From Setoptus koraiensis (taxonomy: Eukaryota; Animalia; Arthropoda), in the NCBI GenBank assembly GCA_048013815.1, contig CM106586.1, forward strand, positions 21,142,001 through 21,206,000: a DNA stretch of 64,000 bases, read 5' to 3'. Of the stretch, positions 62,996-64,000 are shown piece by piece; position 1 is the stretch's first letter; every line of letters starts with the position of its first letter. The notes beneath the pieces are model-generated. The model saw only the letters and a program-made list of their open reading frames with translations. It had not been told where the DNA came from and did not search any database. A program made the translations under genes and the position numbers.

Positions 62996-63355
62996 TCAGT
63001 TTATATCAACGTAACTGTCAATTGACGCTTGTGACTTGTCGAAATGACCGAAATGAACACCGAACTTACCCGACGATTCGTGCTTGCCGTTTCCGATTGG
63101 CGTTTTCGCATGCTGGTGCGAGGCTAAATTTTCGCTCACCTGCCCGCTTGGCTCGCTGTCTTTTTTGTCAGTTTGAGCGCGCCAAAAGTCACAAACTTCG
63201 TAACAATCGTAGTCGCAATCGCCATAGTAGTCGCAACCAATGAGAAAGCAATCCCAATGACATATTTCCACTTGACCCTCGATTGGCTGAATGGAATTGG
63301 CGCCCATGCAAACAATTATCGCGACCAAGCTAAGAAATTTCAACGATTGATTCAT
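62996..63355 (-). CDS. Small secreted cysteine-rich protein, unknown family (unspliced ORF; a spliced form is likely)
   Basis: aaagaaaATG; hydrophobic signal LKFLSLVAIIVCMGA..IEG|Q; then C-x3-C-x4-C-x5-C-x3-C-x3-C followed by KK. The sequence is not low-complexity. A TATTTAA lies about 95 nt upstream, and internal donors occur at 63139 (GTGAGC) and 63069 (GTAAGT). Confidence 0.7.
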   Translation of the reverse strand: MNQSLKFLSLVAIIVCMGANSIQPIEGQVEICHWDCFLIGCDYYGDCDYDCYEVCDFWRAQTDKKDSEPSGQVSENLASHQHAKTPIGNGKHESSGKFGVHFGHFDKSQASIDSYVDIN

Positions 63356-64000
63356 TTTCTTTGATTATTCTTGTCTGTATCGATCTGTATTGTTAATTAT
63401 GCTGTTTGTATTGTTTCGCTGGATACAGCTGTTGTTTTTGAGCTTAAATATCACTTGCAACTTGCACTCATGAATGACTGACAAAGTGGCGACCAACTGA
63501 ATTGGATTTGTTCAAAGGTATAAATGAGATTTCGGAGGAAAATCTCGGCCTTTTATGGCGGCCAAACAAAAGAATCTGCCCAAGAGCTCAAACAACCATC
63601 CAGCCAGCATCAACGCCGGCCACAAACCAGCATCATGACTCAACAATGGCAATGACCTAGACCTTGGCAGGGTCAATGATGTCAGCGCAATCGTGGATAT
63701 GGCGATGTGGAGCTGTTAATTAATTTAAAAAGACATTAATTATTGATCAATATTGTTAATTATTATAATGAGCTAATTATCAATTCAGCAGGGCTCAGTC
63801 TGGTGCCCGCTCTTCTAGCGATGCCCGAAATACCCGAGAAATACCCGAGATTTTTCTACCCGAGACTTTTTTTTTCTGGCGAAAAATTTTCGCCAGAAAA
63901 AAGGGTTTTCAAAATTTCGCGCAGTGCGTACTGCTACGCGCAGTGCATAGGAAGGAAACTTTCATTTGTCATCATCTTGTTTTGTTACATTGTTTTGTAG

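Overview
Animal genomic DNA, probably from an arthropod (the polyQ/polyN-rich protein and dense short repeats would fit a mite, but the taxon is an inference). I found no prokaryotic features, CRISPR arrays, tRNA or rRNA. One large gene is well supported: a + strand Kirre/Roughest/Neph1 (irre cell-recognition family) adhesion protein with 5 Ig domains, one TM helix and a long low-complexity tail ending in LATHV. Its exons are 44820-45105 (tentative), 52455-52831, 53226-53336, 55413-57119, 57283-57481 and 59274-61798; all five introns are GT-AG with matching phases, giving about 1734 aa. A small convergent minus-strand gene near 63 kb encodes a signal peptide followed by a six-cysteine peptide that I cannot assign to a family. 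The first ~44 kb has no recognisable protein gene. It contains two copies of a ~850-bp foldback element whose 161-bp core is inverted between the copies, many perfect palindromes and hairpins, and strongly over-represented CAGGTGAG (E-box) and RTTAYGTAAY (PAR-bZIP/D-box) motifs. The most unusual signals are the 105-334 nt AG-free zones before four of the five splice acceptors, the flip-flop element and the orphan Cys-rich peptide. All counts and alignments were done by eye.
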